Assembly (NCBI GenBank): GCA_963714015.1
Contig: OY970223.1
Span: forward strand, 1,248,001 to 1,312,000
Direction of reading: 5' to 3'
Source of the DNA: Vulcanimicrobiota bacterium
GTDB taxonomy: Bacteria > Vulcanimicrobiota > Vulcanimicrobiia > Vulcanimicrobiales > Vulcanimicrobiaceae
Length of the DNA stretch: 64,000 bases
This document shows, piece after piece, positions 29,583 through 39,817 of this stretch. Below the pieces are notes generated by a model, which was not told the origin of the DNA, searched no databases, and saw nothing but the letters and a program-made list of their open reading frames with translations. The position numbers were made by a program, and so were the translations under genes. Numbering within the stretch: position 1 is the stretch's first letter; each line of letters starts with the position of its first letter.

Positions 29583-31121
29583 TTATGCGGCGCGCGTGTC
29601 CAAGCGCTCCAGACTGCGATAGTGGATCGCCTCAGCGACGTGTTCTGCGGTAATAGCCTCGGCGCCGGCTAAGTCCCCAATCGTGCGCGCCGCGCGAGCG
29701 ATGCGATCCAGTGCCCGGGCCGAAAACTGTCGGCGTGATGCGGCCCGGGCGAGCAGGTCCATCGCTGCGCCGTCGAGGCCGCAGAACGTCCTAACGGCGT
29801 TGCCCGGTATTTCGGCGTTGCAGCTAATCCCCGTTCCGGCAAAGCGTTTGCGCTGCCGTTCTCGTGCGGCAACGACGCGTTCGCGAATCGCCGCCGAACG
29901 TTCGGCCGGCTGGGGCCGCACCATATCGTCGAAGGCGACCCGCGCCACTTCTATCTGCAAATCGATGCGATCGAGCAACGGTCCGGACAACTTGGAGACG
30001 TACTTCGCAACGGCGGCGTCGTCGCAGCGGCATTCGGCAAATCGAGCGCCGCGATAACCGCACGGACACGGGTTCATCGACGCGACGAGCATAAAACGCG
30101 CCGGATACGTGAACGTGCCGGCCGCGCGAGCGATCGTGACGACGCCTTCTTCGAGCGGCTGGCGCATGACCTCAATCGACGCACGCGTGAACTCGGGCAG
30201 CTCGTCCAAAAACAGCACGCCGTTGTGCGCCAGACTGATCTCTCCCGGCTTTACGGCAGAACCGCCGCCTACCAAAGCCACTTGGCTGATAGTATGATGC
30301 GGGAATCTGAACGGGCGCGCGCGGACGATGCCGGGCGCGGATCCGAGCAGTCCGGCGACGCTGTAAATCTTCGTGACCTCCAACGCTTCGTTTGCCGTCA
30401 TCGGCGGAAGTATCGAGGGCAGACGCCTGGCGAGCATCGTCTTGCCGCATCCCGGCGGTCCGACGAACAACACGTTGTGCCCCCCGGCCGCGGCTATCTC
30501 CAGCGCGCGCTTTGCGTCGCTCTGACCTCTTACGTCGGCAAAGTCACCGAAATAAAACTGTTCCGAGCTCGCGATATCCGGAGTTCGCGTTTCAATCCGC
30601 CACTGAGGGCCGTTTCCGAGGAGCACCGCCACGGCCGACTGCAGCGAATCTACGGCATACAGATCGATGCCTTCGACGAGCGCGGCTTCTTCGGCGTTGC
30701 CGGCGGGCACGATCAGTTTTGTGAAACCTGCGTTCCGGGCGCCGAGCACCATCGGCAAAATGCCGTTCAGCGGGCGAAGGCTGCCGTCGAGCGCGAGTTC
30801 GCCGAGCGCCGTGAAGCTTTGCAGCACCAGCCGATCGATTTGCTCGTCGATCGCCATCAATGCCAGGGCGATGGGAAGATCGAATCCCGGTCCTTCCTTG
30901 CGAACGTCGGCCGGTGAAAGGTTGATCAGCAGCCGTCCGGCCGGATATGCAAAGCCTGAATTGAATATGGCCGAGCGGACGCGGTCGCGCGACTCGTTCA
31001 GTGCGCGATCCGGTAAACCGATAATGCCCAGAGCCGGCGATCCGGGAGAACTGTCGGCTTCGACGCGAACGATATAGCCGTCGATGCCGAGCATTGCGGC
31101 TGAGAAAGCAAGTGAAAGCAC
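29583..31121 (-). CDS. comM: ComM/YifB Mg-chelatase-like AAA+ helicase
   Basis: IIGLPD..ESRDRVRSA, NLSPAD.RKEG, GPPGCGKT, PGEISLAHNGVLFLDE, MNPCPCG, LSGPLLDRID. Confidence 0.95.
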   Translation of the reverse strand: MLSLAFSAAMLGIDGYIVRVEADSSPGSPALGIIGLPDRALNESRDRVRSAIFNSGFAYPAGRLLINLSPADVRKEGPGFDLPIALALMAIDEQIDRLVLQSFTALGELALDGSLRPLNGILPMVLGARNAGFTKLIVPAGNAEEAALVEGIDLYAVDSLQSAVAVLLGNGPQWRIETRTPDIASSEQFYFGDFADVRGQSDAKRALEIAAAGGHNVLFVGPPGCGKTMLARRLPSILPPMTANEALEVTKIYSVAGLLGSAPGIVRARPFRFPHHTISQVALVGGGSAVKPGEISLAHNGVLFLDELPEFTRASIEVMRQPLEEGVVTIARAAGTFTYPARFMLVASMNPCPCGYRGARFAECRCDDAAVAKYVSKLSGPLLDRIDLQIEVARVAFDDMVRPQPAERSAAIRERVVAARERQRKRFAGTGISCNAEIPGNAVRTFCGLDGAAMDLLARAASRRQFSARALDRIARAARTIGDLAGAEAITAEHVAEAIHYRSLERLDTRAA

Positions 31122-31308
31122 GTCACTCTTTACCGACAGGCGAGGACGCGAACAAGACAAAACCGCCACCGGGGCTCGCTCGGCTTGCTTGCCGCGGACA
31201 CTCGCTCGGCCGGTTGGGAGACAGGTTCTCCACATCCCTCACAGGACGCAGGGGCCACCTGTGGATAGCTTAAAGCCCCGTGCGAACGCTTCCTAAGGAG
31301 CAACAACG

Positions 31309-32272
31309 TTGAAGAATTTCCGCTTGCCGGCCGCACTGGCGGCCGCCGGTCTGCTGCTGGCCTCATGTTCGGGCAACTCGTCGGGCTCGAGCTCTTCAAG
31401 CCCGGGATCAAACGGAACCGCGCCGGCCGGCCCCGGCAGTAAAACCATTGGGGTCTCGATACAGGACACTGAGGCGCAGTTCTACCAGCAGATGCAAGCC
31501 GGGATGCAGGCGGAAGCTAAGAAGTTTGGTTACCGGTTGATCGTCGTGGACGCAAATCGCGACAACGCACGTCAGCAGTCACAAGTCGAAGACTTTATCT
31601 CCCGGCACGTCGACGCGATTTTGCTGACGCCCTTCGATTCACAAGCAATCGGCAGCGCTATAGCCGAAGCTGAATGGTGCGAAAATCCCGGTGTTCACCG
31701 CGGATATTGCAAGCACCAGTAAGCAGGGCCACGTGATCTCGCATGTTGCTTCGAACAACGTGCAGGGCGGCGAACAGGCCGGAATGCTGATGTGCAAGGC
31801 GATCGGAAATAGCGGCAGCGTAGCAATTCTCGACGAGCCGGAAGTGACCAGCGTGCAGGATCGCGTCAAGGGCTTCAAGATGGCGCTCGCGCAGCATTGC
31901 CCGAACGTTAAGGTCGTGGCCGATACTGATTCGGGTGGTACGCGCACGAAGGCAAGCAACGACATGAGCGACATTCTTCAGGCGCATCGCGATCTCAAAG
32001 GCGTCTTCGGCGTGAACGACGACTCCGCACTCGGTGCGCTGACGGCCGTCCGTGCAGCGAATGCAAGCGGCATCGCGATTGTCGGGTACGATGCGACGCC
32101 GGAGGCCCGTGCCGCAATCAAGAACGGCCAGATGTACGGTGATGCGCTGCAGCATCCCGATCAAATCGGCAAGCTTGCGATCGACGCGATCCGCGACTAC
32201 TTCGCCGGAAAGAAAGTGCCGGCGCATGTCGACGTACCGGTCGGAACGTTTACGAAGGCCAACGCGCACTGA
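31309..32272 (+). CDS. Sugar (ribose-type) ABC transporter substrate-binding lipoprotein (frameshift near 31672)
   Basis: Lipobox LASC, QVEDFI, SNNVQGG, DRVKGF, NDDSALGA, VGYDA, QHPDQIG. Confidence 0.88.
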
Positions 32273-33771
32273 GCACTCCGCTGCTGGAGATGCGCGGCAT
32301 CGGGAAGTCGTTTCCCGGCGTTCGCGCGCTGGACGGCGTCTCGCTGGACCTTTATGCCGGCGAAGTCCATGCACTAGTCGGCGAAAACGGCGCCGGTAAA
32401 TCGACGCTGATGAAGATCCTCGCCGGCGCGCAGCCCGCCGACGCCGGTGAGATCCTCATCGACGGCAAAGCCGTGTGCGATCGACTCGCCGGGGGCCGCA
32501 GAAAAACTCGGCGTAGGCATGATCTATCAGGAGTTCAACCTGGTACCGGCGTTGACTGCCGTCGACAACATCGTGCTCGGAAACGAACCGGTGCGAGGAA
32601 TTCTGCTGGACGAACGCGCCGCGCGACATCGCGCGGCCGCAGTCTTTACGGAACTCGGCATCAGCGTGCCGCTCAATGCCGAGGTCGGCCGGCTCTCCGT
32701 TGCTCAGCAGCAGATGATCGAAATTGCCAAAGTGCTTTCGCGGCACGCCCGCATCATCGTCATGGACGAACCGAGCGCCGCGCTTACCGATCGCGAGATC
32801 GACGGGCTCTTCGCCGTCATCGCGCACGCTCAAGGCCCGCGGCAGCGGGCATCTTTTACATCTCGCACCGCATGGAAGAGCTTCCTCGCATTGCGGATCG
32901 CATAACGGTGCTGCGCGACGGCAAGGCGATCGAAACGCGAAAAGCTGCGGATTTTCCGCCGGACGACATCGTACGGGCGATGGTGGGCCGCCAACTGGAC
33001 TCGCATTTTCCGGACTTGCCCACCATTGCGGCGAACGCGCCCGTCGTGCTCGAGGTTCGCGACTTGGTGCGCGCGCCCGCAGTAAACGGCGTCTCGTTTC
33101 AAGTTCATGCCGGCGAGATCTTGGGGCTTGCCGGATTGGTGGGCGCCGGGCGTACGGAAACGGTGCGGGCGATCGCCGGCGCGGACGTCCCGCAAAGCGG
33201 ACAGGTTCTGGTAAGCGGTCAGCCGATGCAAATTCGTACGCCGTCCGACGGCATCGATGCGGGCATCGCGTTTATCACCGAGGACCGCAAAGGTCAAGGT
33301 CTCGTACTCGGCATGAGCGTCCGTGAAAATATCACGCTCGCGCAGCTTGGACGATTCGTCAATCGGGAGATGCTGATCGACCGCCGCAAAGAAGAAGATG
33401 CGGCGCAGAAGTACATTGCGGAGTTGCGAATTCGCACGCCCGGCCCCGAGCAACTCGTGCGTAATCTCTCCGGCGGCAATCAGCAGAAAGTGGTCCTGGC
33501 GAAATGGCTGCTCGGTCAGGCCAAAATTTTCCTATTCGACGAGCCGACGCGCGGCATCGACATCGGCGCGAAGGCAGAAATCTACAACTTGATGGTAAAC
33601 CTCGCGCAAGGAGGCGCGGCAATCGTCATGGTCAGCAGCGAGCTTCCGGAGGTCCTGGGGATGTCGCATCGCATTTTAGCAATCCGTCAGGGGCGCGTCG
33701 TGCGCGAATTTACGCGGGCGCAGGCAACTCCCGACGCCGTCATCGCCGCAGCAACGGGAGCGGCCGCATAG
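32269..33771 (+). CDS. Sugar ABC transporter ATP-binding protein, RbsA-like (three net-compensating indels 32475-32845)
   Basis: GENGAGKSTL, IYQEFNL, MDEPSAAL (alternate frame), ISHRMEE, LSGGNQQKV, DEPTRGID. Confidence 0.9.
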   Translation: MSTPLLEMRGIGKSFPGVRALDGVSLDLYAGEVHALVGENGAGKSTLMKILAGAQPADAGEILIDGKAVCDRLAGGRRKTRRRHDLSGVQPGTGVDCRRQHRARKRTGARNSAGRTRRATSRGRSLYGTRHQRAAQCRGRPALRCSAADDRNCQSAFAARPHHRHGRTERRAYRSRDRRALRRHRARSRPAAAGIFYISHRMEELPRIADRITVLRDGKAIETRKAADFPPDDIVRAMVGRQLDSHFPDLPTIAANAPVVLEVRDLVRAPAVNGVSFQVHAGEILGLAGLVGAGRTETVRAIAGADVPQSGQVLVSGQPMQIRTPSDGIDAGIAFITEDRKGQGLVLGMSVRENITLAQLGRFVNREMLIDRRKEEDAAQKYIAELRIRTPGPEQLVRNLSGGNQQKVVLAKWLLGQAKIFLFDEPTRGIDIGAKAEIYNLMVNLAQGGAAIVMVSSELPEVLGMSHRILAIRQGRVVREFTRAQATPDAVIAAATGAAA

Positions 33772-34797
33772 TGAACGCCGAAGTCCACGCCGAGATGTCC
33801 AGCGCTGCCGCCGAAAGCCGAAAAAAAGAAACGCGGACGTACTGGCTGCGGGTGCTTTTGGGAATCGTGCTGCTGATCGCCGTCGCCATAGCGATCAACG
33901 CCGCTGCGCACGGTTCTTTTCTCCAACCCGGCAACATCATCCAAGTCCTGCGGCAGATTACGTACAACTGCATCATGGGCGTCGGAGAAACGTTCGTCAT
34001 CATTACGGCCGGCATCGATCTGTCGATCGGTTCGCTGATCTCGCTTTGCGGCGTGATCATGGCGCTTTTTGCGAACGCAACGGGCTTGCACGGTTTCGCG
34101 CTTATCGTGGCGACACTGTTGGTGGGACTCGCGGTCGGCGGCGCAGCCGGATTCATCAACGCGGTTCCGGTCGTCAAGTTGAATCTGCCGCCGTTCATCA
34201 CCACTCTGGCAATGATGCAAGTCGCCCTCGGGCTTTCGTATATTGCCTCCGGCGGCCGTCCGGTGGCGCTGAACTCGACGGATCTCCAAAATACGGGCTT
34301 CGGATCCTTCCTGCATACCGGCATTCCGAATCCGGTGATCTGGATGATCGCCGTGCTTGGTTATCACCTCGATCTTGCTGATGCGCACGCGGTTCGGCCG
34401 CTACGTGTTCGCGCTGGGCGGAAACGAAGAGGCCGCGCGTTTGGCGGGCGTAAAAGTGGGGCAGGTCAAGACGCTCGTCTACGTGATCAGCGGCATGTGT
34501 GCCGCGGTCGTCGGTTTTCTGTACTTGGCGCTCTTTTCGTCCGGCTCGCCGCAGACCGGAACCGGAAGTGAAATGCTCAATGCGATCGCCGCGGTAGTCG
34601 TCGGCGGCACCAGTCTTATGGGCGGGCGCGGAAGCATCGTCGGCACGTTTTTCGGCGCGCTGCTGATCGGGCTGCTCGACAACGCGATGAACTTGTTGGG
34701 AATCAACTCCTACCTGCAGCTCGTCGTGCTCGGCGCGGTTATTCTCCTCGCAGTCGTCGTGGACGAACTGCGTAAGCGGTACTTGCGCAGGGCATAA
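33771..34797 (+). CDS. Sugar ABC transporter permease, RbsC-like (frameshift near 34356)
   Basis: GIDLSIGS, PPFITTLA, TRFGRYVFALGGNEEAARLAG, AIAAVVVGGTSL.GG.G. Confidence 0.9.
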
Positions 34798-34807
34798 AGG
34801 ACTCCGT

Positions 34808-36697
34808 ATGTCCGATAGAGCGCGGCGCTCTCGAGCAACCGAGCCGCTCCCCGCGCTGGCATTGGCCGCACTGGGCGTGGTTTTCGGCGATATCGGCACC
34901 AGTCCGCTGTACGCTTTTCAACAGTGTTTTACCGGCGATTTTCCCGCCGCCGCCACGACGCAGAACATTCTCGGGATCTGTTCGCTGATTCTCTGGACGC
35001 TGATCGTCGTCGTTTGCATCAAGTACGTGACGTTCATGATGCGATCCGACTACGACGGCGAAGGCGGTATCCTGGCGCTCCTCGCGCAGATGCTTCCGCC
35101 CAAGCGGACCGCGATGCCGGTCGGTCTGGGGACGCTCGCGCTGATGGTGCTTTTCGGCGCATCTATGCTCTACGGCGACGGCGCGATTACGCCCGCGATC
35201 TCCGTGATCTCGGCGCTGGAGGGCCTGGACGTCTGGACGACTGCGGCGCACCGCTTCATCGTTCCGCTGGCAGCCATCATCCTCGTCGGATTGTTCGCCG
35301 CGCAAAGCCGCGGCACGGGGAAGATCGGCGCGCTCTTCGGGCCTATCATGGTTCTCTGGTTTGCGGCGATCGGCGCAGCGGGCGCGTACCAGATCGTGCT
35401 GCATCCTCACGTGCTCATTGCGCTCTCGCCGATGTACGCCTTCGGATTCATCGTGCACAACGGTTTGCGCAGTCTGCTCATCTTCGGCGCGGTCGTGCTT
35501 TGCGTTACGGGAGCTGAAGCGCTGTATGCGGACCTTGCTCACTTCGGACGGCGCCCCATTACGTACGCTTGGTATTTCGGCGTTTTCCCCGCGCTCGTTC
35601 TGAACTACTTCGGACAGGGCGCGTTCGCGATCGACTCACCCAAAATCATTCAAACGTCGCCGTTCTTCGCAGTCATTCCGCACTTGCTCGTCATTCCGAT
35701 GGTGCTGCTGGCCACGGCCGCTACCGTCATTGCCTCGCAAGCGCTCATCTCCGGCGTCTTTTCTCTCACGTATCAGGCCATGCAACTGGGCTATAGTCCG
35801 CGATTCCGGATCGTGCACACCTCACGCCACTACGCCGGCCAGATATTCATGCCCACCGTAAACACGCTGCTCGGTGTGGTCTGCATCGTCCTCGTCCTGA
35901 CGTTCAAGTCTTCGAATGCACTCGGCGGAGCATACGGTTTGGCGGTTACGATTACCATGCTCACGACGACCATTGCTTACAGCCAGCTGCTTCGCAAGCG
36001 CTGGCAACGGCCGGTGTGGCAGTGGGCGCCGCTGATTTTGCTCTTTCTCTGCTGGGACATTCCGTTTCTTATCGGCAACGCTTCGAAGTTCATCTCCGGC
36101 GGCTGGGTGCCGTTCGTACTGGCCGTTTGGCTGTTCACGCTCTTCACGACCTGGAACCGGGGCCGCCGCCGCATGATGCAAAGCCTGAACGCGCACACGC
36201 TGCCGGTCGAGGAATTCCTAAGGGAAGCAAAAGACGTTCCGCTCATCAGCGGCACGGCGTTCTTCTTGAGTCCCGACCCGCACGGCATTCCGTTCGTATT
36301 GCAGCATCAATATCTGCGCAGCCACATCATCTTCGACAAAGTGATACTGCTCACAGTCATGCACGCCTCGCGGCCCTTCGTCCACGCGGACAACCGTTTG
36401 GAGATCGAAGATTTGGCGCCGCGCCTGATGCGAGTGAAGGCCTGGTACGGCTTCATGCAAGAGCCGGGTATCCGCGACATCCTGCACCAACTGCGCAAAA
36501 AGCGGCCGGATGCCGACTTTTCTCACCCGACGTACTACCTCGCCAGCCCGAAAATTCGCGACGATCACAAGAACGGATTGCCGAGATGGCAACGCAACCT
36601 GTTCCGCTGGATGAATCGAAACGCGCGCCCCCTCACCGACACGCTGGGATTACCTCCGAACAACGTCATCGAGTTCGGCGTAGAAGTCCGCATTTAG
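34808..36697 (+). CDS. kup: KUP/HAK/KT potassium transporter
   Basis: LGVVFGDIGTSPLYA, DGEGGILAL, GDGAITPAISV, TGAEALYADL, ATVIASQA, AYGLAV. Confidence 0.96.
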   Translation: MSDRARRSRATEPLPALALAALGVVFGDIGTSPLYAFQQCFTGDFPAAATTQNILGICSLILWTLIVVVCIKYVTFMMRSDYDGEGGILALLAQMLPPKRTAMPVGLGTLALMVLFGASMLYGDGAITPAISVISALEGLDVWTTAAHRFIVPLAAIILVGLFAAQSRGTGKIGALFGPIMVLWFAAIGAAGAYQIVLHPHVLIALSPMYAFGFIVHNGLRSLLIFGAVVLCVTGAEALYADLAHFGRRPITYAWYFGVFPALVLNYFGQGAFAIDSPKIIQTSPFFAVIPHLLVIPMVLLATAATVIASQALISGVFSLTYQAMQLGYSPRFRIVHTSRHYAGQIFMPTVNTLLGVVCIVLVLTFKSSNALGGAYGLAVTITMLTTTIAYSQLLRKRWQRPVWQWAPLILLFLCWDIPFLIGNASKFISGGWVPFVLAVWLFTLFTTWNRGRRRMMQSLNAHTLPVEEFLREAKDVPLISGTAFFLSPDPHGIPFVLQHQYLRSHIIFDKVILLTVMHASRPFVHADNRLEIEDLAPRLMRVKAWYGFMQEPGIRDILHQLRKKRPDADFSHPTYYLASPKIRDDHKNGLPRWQRNLFRWMNRNARPLTDTLGLPPNNVIEFGVEVRI

Positions 36698-36699
36698 CG

Positions 36700-37368
36700 C
36701 TAAAACGGAAAGTCGTTGTCCGTCAGTCCGACGTTGGTTTTGATCTCCGAAAACGCTTCGTCCGCAACCACTTTGTCGCCCTGATAGCGCTGCTGGCGCA
36801 CGGGGAAGTGGGTCGTCTTGTCAAGGTCGATGACCATGCGCGTGACGCCTTGATTCTGCGACGGATCCGCGACGGTCAAGTCGAGCTCGTCCGTCGGCTT
36901 GCCGTCGACGTCGGGGCCGTTCTTCTGCGTGAGATCGCCCTTGATCGTTTTGTACTTGTCGACTTCGTTCTGCATCAAGCCGTCGGGAATCGTATAGCCG
37001 CGCAGCGACGTAGCCTGCGGATCGTGTACGGGTACCGTCCGTGAGAACGTTGCGAAAAGGACTTTCTTGTGCCCTTTGACCGTGTCGCCGCCTTTCCACA
37101 CGCCGCCGCTTCCCGCGCCGTCACCCGAGACGATGTCGACCTTCGCCAACGCCGGCCGTTTGAACGCGTAATGGTAGACGCGGTCTTGCGTCGAGTTGCC
37201 CAGGACTTCGTGCGCCTTGACAGTCATCGTGTAATCGTTGATCTTCGCGAACGCGTCGTCGAACGCGGTAATGGCGGGCGCGCCGGCTGCGGATGCGGGC
37301 ACGGCAATCAGCCAAGCGGTGAAAGCAAAAAGCGGAAGGCTGCAAAGCAGCGCGCGGGCATTCTTCAT
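36700..37368 (-). CDS. Secreted LolA-like/outer-membrane-lipoprotein-sorting fold protein
   Basis: Signal peptide; DYT, FKRP, IDLDKTTHFP, FSEIKTNVGLTDNDF end typical of the LolA fold. Confidence 0.65.
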   Translation of the reverse strand: MKNARALLCSLPLFAFTAWLIAVPASAAGAPAITAFDDAFAKINDYTMTVKAHEVLGNSTQDRVYHYAFKRPALAKVDIVSGDGAGSGGVWKGGDTVKGHKKVLFATFSRTVPVHDPQATSLRGYTIPDGLMQNEVDKYKTIKGDLTQKNGPDVDGKPTDELDLTVADPSQNQGVTRMVIDLDKTTHFPVRQQRYQGDKVVADEAFSEIKTNVGLTDNDFPF

Positions 37369-38003
37369 CCCGGGGTATTCTCTTGGATCTGGTCGTTTCC
37401 GCTCCCGGCCGGCTGGTCTACCAAAACTGTACCGTGTTTGCCCTCGACGCCGATGAGCACGTCGCATTTTGCGTTGGCGGCAATTTCCTCGATGTCCCGG
37501 CCCAACGGAGCGCCGGTATACTTCCCTTCCAGGTACGAGCCGAGCATGATCAGGTTAGCCTTCTCGCTCTTGGCTCGGTCGAGTACGGCTTGACCCGTTT
37601 CGCGCGCCTTCAATATCTCGGTGCGGATGCTCACGCCGCTGCGCATGGCCATCGTTTCTGCTGCACCTAATGCGTCCAGTGCGGCGCGTTCTTCCTCCGG
37701 CATTCCGGCATCGGGCGGCAGCGTGAACGGTACTTCGATCACGTAAATCGCAAGCAGATCGGATTTCTCGCCGCGGGCAATGCGGGCTGCGAGCGCCATC
37801 ATCGGACCGGAGTTGATCTCCGGCGCAAATACGACGATAACGCTGCCGAGTTGGCGCTCCAACTCCGTCTCGGCTTGAGTGGCGAGCTTTTGCACGAATG
37901 ACGTGGGCGGATGCAGCATCCACCACAGGACGGAGTACACCGCGGCGGCCAGCGCAACCGCGATAATTGCGCCCGAAGGCGAGACCGCGGCAATCAGCGT
38001 CAT
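37365..38003 (-). CDS. Universal stress protein with N-terminal TM helix
   Basis: IYVIEVP, ANLIMLG, LGRDIEEIAANAKCDVLI. Confidence 0.85.
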   Translation of the reverse strand: MTLIAAVSPSGAIIAVALAAAVYSVLWWMLHPPTSFVQKLATQAETELERQLGSVIVVFAPEINSGPMMALAARIARGEKSDLLAIYVIEVPFTLPPDAGMPEEERAALDALGAAETMAMRSGVSIRTEILKARETGQAVLDRAKSEKANLIMLGSYLEGKYTGAPLGRDIEEIAANAKCDVLIGVEGKHGTVLVDQPAGSGNDQIQENTPG

Positions 38004-38185
38004 GGTTGAGGTGCGCGTCCCTTCAGGAAGGTGAAAATACGATAAACACCCAGCGCCATTAACAGCAGACCGAAGATTATTCCAGTCGCCAATTCCCAAT
38101 GCAGGCCTCCGGCGGCGAGACGCACCACGATGAGTGCCCCAAGCACGACGTACAGTGCGTAAAACGCCAAACGCACCGGAATCAT
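38000..38185 (-). CDS. Small 2-TM membrane protein
   Basis: 61 aa, two hydrophobic helices, ATGA overlaps on both sides. Confidence 0.7.
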   Translation of the reverse strand: MIPVRLAFYALYVVLGALIVVRLAAGGLHWELATGIIFGLLLMALGVYRIFTFLKGRAPQP

Positions 38186-39801
38186 CGAGGCACGCCCTTT
38201 GCGCGCGCGTCTGCGGCCTTCACGTTTTGCAGATACTCGTCCATCAATTCCAGCTCGCCCGCGTTGCGCAGAATCTCGCTCTGGGCGGAGCGAAAGTCGC
38301 GCGGCTGGGAACCGAACACCGGAAAGCCCTTATTTCGGCGATACCAGATGTAACAGAGTACGCCTGCGAGCAGCCACAGCGGTCCCGCTATTCGCCCGAT
38401 GTCGTGCGTGATCAGCGTGAATGCAAGAATCGATGCGATGCCGATAAAGCCGAACACGGCGATGACGGGAAACTCCACGCGCTCGCCGCGGTACTGCATC
38501 GGCACGTTCAGCGGCATCTTGAATTTGCGCGGGCTGAACGGATCGCGCAAACGGAGCGCAATGAGCGCGATGAACACGAACGAATAACTGGTCGCCGCGC
38601 CGAAAGCATAGAGATCGCCCAAAAACGTGATGCCGTCCTCGCCGTGAAACAGCCGGCTATACGTAGCGCGCGCCGTGGGATCGAGGCCGGGAAGTGCCGC
38701 AAACACCAGCTCGACGAACGCCAAGGCGCAGAACGTCACGATGGAGATCGCCGGCGTGCGGAAGCGGCGGTGCACGCGCTGGAATATCGAAGGCAGCAAC
38801 TTGGCGGAGCTCATTGCATAGGCGATGCGCGAGCTGCCGAAGACGCCCGAGTTGCTGGAGATCAGCAGTAGGATGGCGCCGAGTATCGGGACGTAGTACT
38901 GTGCAATGAGTCCCCAATACGGAACCTGAGCGGCCAAAAGCGCGACGCCCTTGCCTTGATTATCGCTGCTGTTGGGGAATATTTGCCAGAACGCAATCGC
39001 GTGTCCGGCGCGGTCGTGCAGAGTATGCCAAGGGTGCATCCCCAGCGCCAGGTTCGAATATCCCAGCGCGAAGATCAGAATCGTGAGGATCAGTGCGAGC
39101 GAAGTGCGCGGAATCACCGACGCCGGCCGCTGCGTCTCTTGTGCCGCCTGCGATATCGATTCGAGTCCGACGAAGGAAATGATCGCGAGCGAGACACCTT
39201 GCATGAGCGCGAACGGTGAGGGCCAAGCGGTCTGCATGGTATGCACGAGAAGCCCCGGATCGAATGCGAACAAAAACGCGAAGCAGAGGATAAGCGTTTC
39301 GCTCAACACGTCGATGGCGCTGACCGACCCTTGAAACGCCGTGCTTTCGCGTACTCCTAGAACGTTGAGTCCGCACAGGCCGGCAATCAAAATGGTCACC
39401 GCGGCGAAATGGACCCACGGGTGCAGCGAGGACACGAACTGGGGCGCCAACTGTGAGAGATAGTCTACGCATGACCAAGCGAACAGCGTGACGTCGATGG
39501 TGAAGTCCAGCAGCACCGCCCACCCGGCTACGAATCCAAAGAAATCGCCTAGGCCGCGCATCACGAAGTATTGGCCGCCGCCTGCGACGGGATACGTTGC
39601 GGCGAGCTCCGTGTAGGCGAGGCCGATCAAGACGTAAACGATGCCTGCGAAAAGAAAGGCGACGTTCGACGCGCCCGCCGCATAGGCCAGGACCAATCCA
39701 AGCCCGACGAAGATGTCGGCCCCGACGTCGGAGTAGCCCCATGCGAACGAGCCCCATGGGGTTACCGCGCGGCGCAGTTCCGGTTTTCGCTCCTCGGGCA
39801 T
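38182..39801 (-). CDS. APC-family permease
   Basis: ELRRAV, YTELAATYPVAGG, FVGLESISQ, SSRIAYAMS, RFRTP; about 12 TM. Confidence 0.92.
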   Translation of the reverse strand: MPEERKPELRRAVTPWGSFAWGYSDVGADIFVGLGLVLAYAAGASNVAFLFAGIVYVLIGLAYTELAATYPVAGGGQYFVMRGLGDFFGFVAGWAVLLDFTIDVTLFAWSCVDYLSQLAPQFVSSLHPWVHFAAVTILIAGLCGLNVLGVRESTAFQGSVSAIDVLSETLILCFAFLFAFDPGLLVHTMQTAWPSPFALMQGVSLAIISFVGLESISQAAQETQRPASVIPRTSLALILTILIFALGYSNLALGMHPWHTLHDRAGHAIAFWQIFPNSSDNQGKGVALLAAQVPYWGLIAQYYVPILGAILLLISSNSGVFGSSRIAYAMSSAKLLPSIFQRVHRRFRTPAISIVTFCALAFVELVFAALPGLDPTARATYSRLFHGEDGITFLGDLYAFGAATSYSFVFIALIALRLRDPFSPRKFKMPLNVPMQYRGERVEFPVIAVFGFIGIASILAFTLITHDIGRIAGPLWLLAGVLCYIWYRRNKGFPVFGSQPRDFRSAQSEILRNAGELELMDEYLQNVKAADARAKGVPR

Positions 39802-39817
39802 GGCTATTCGCAGGCCA

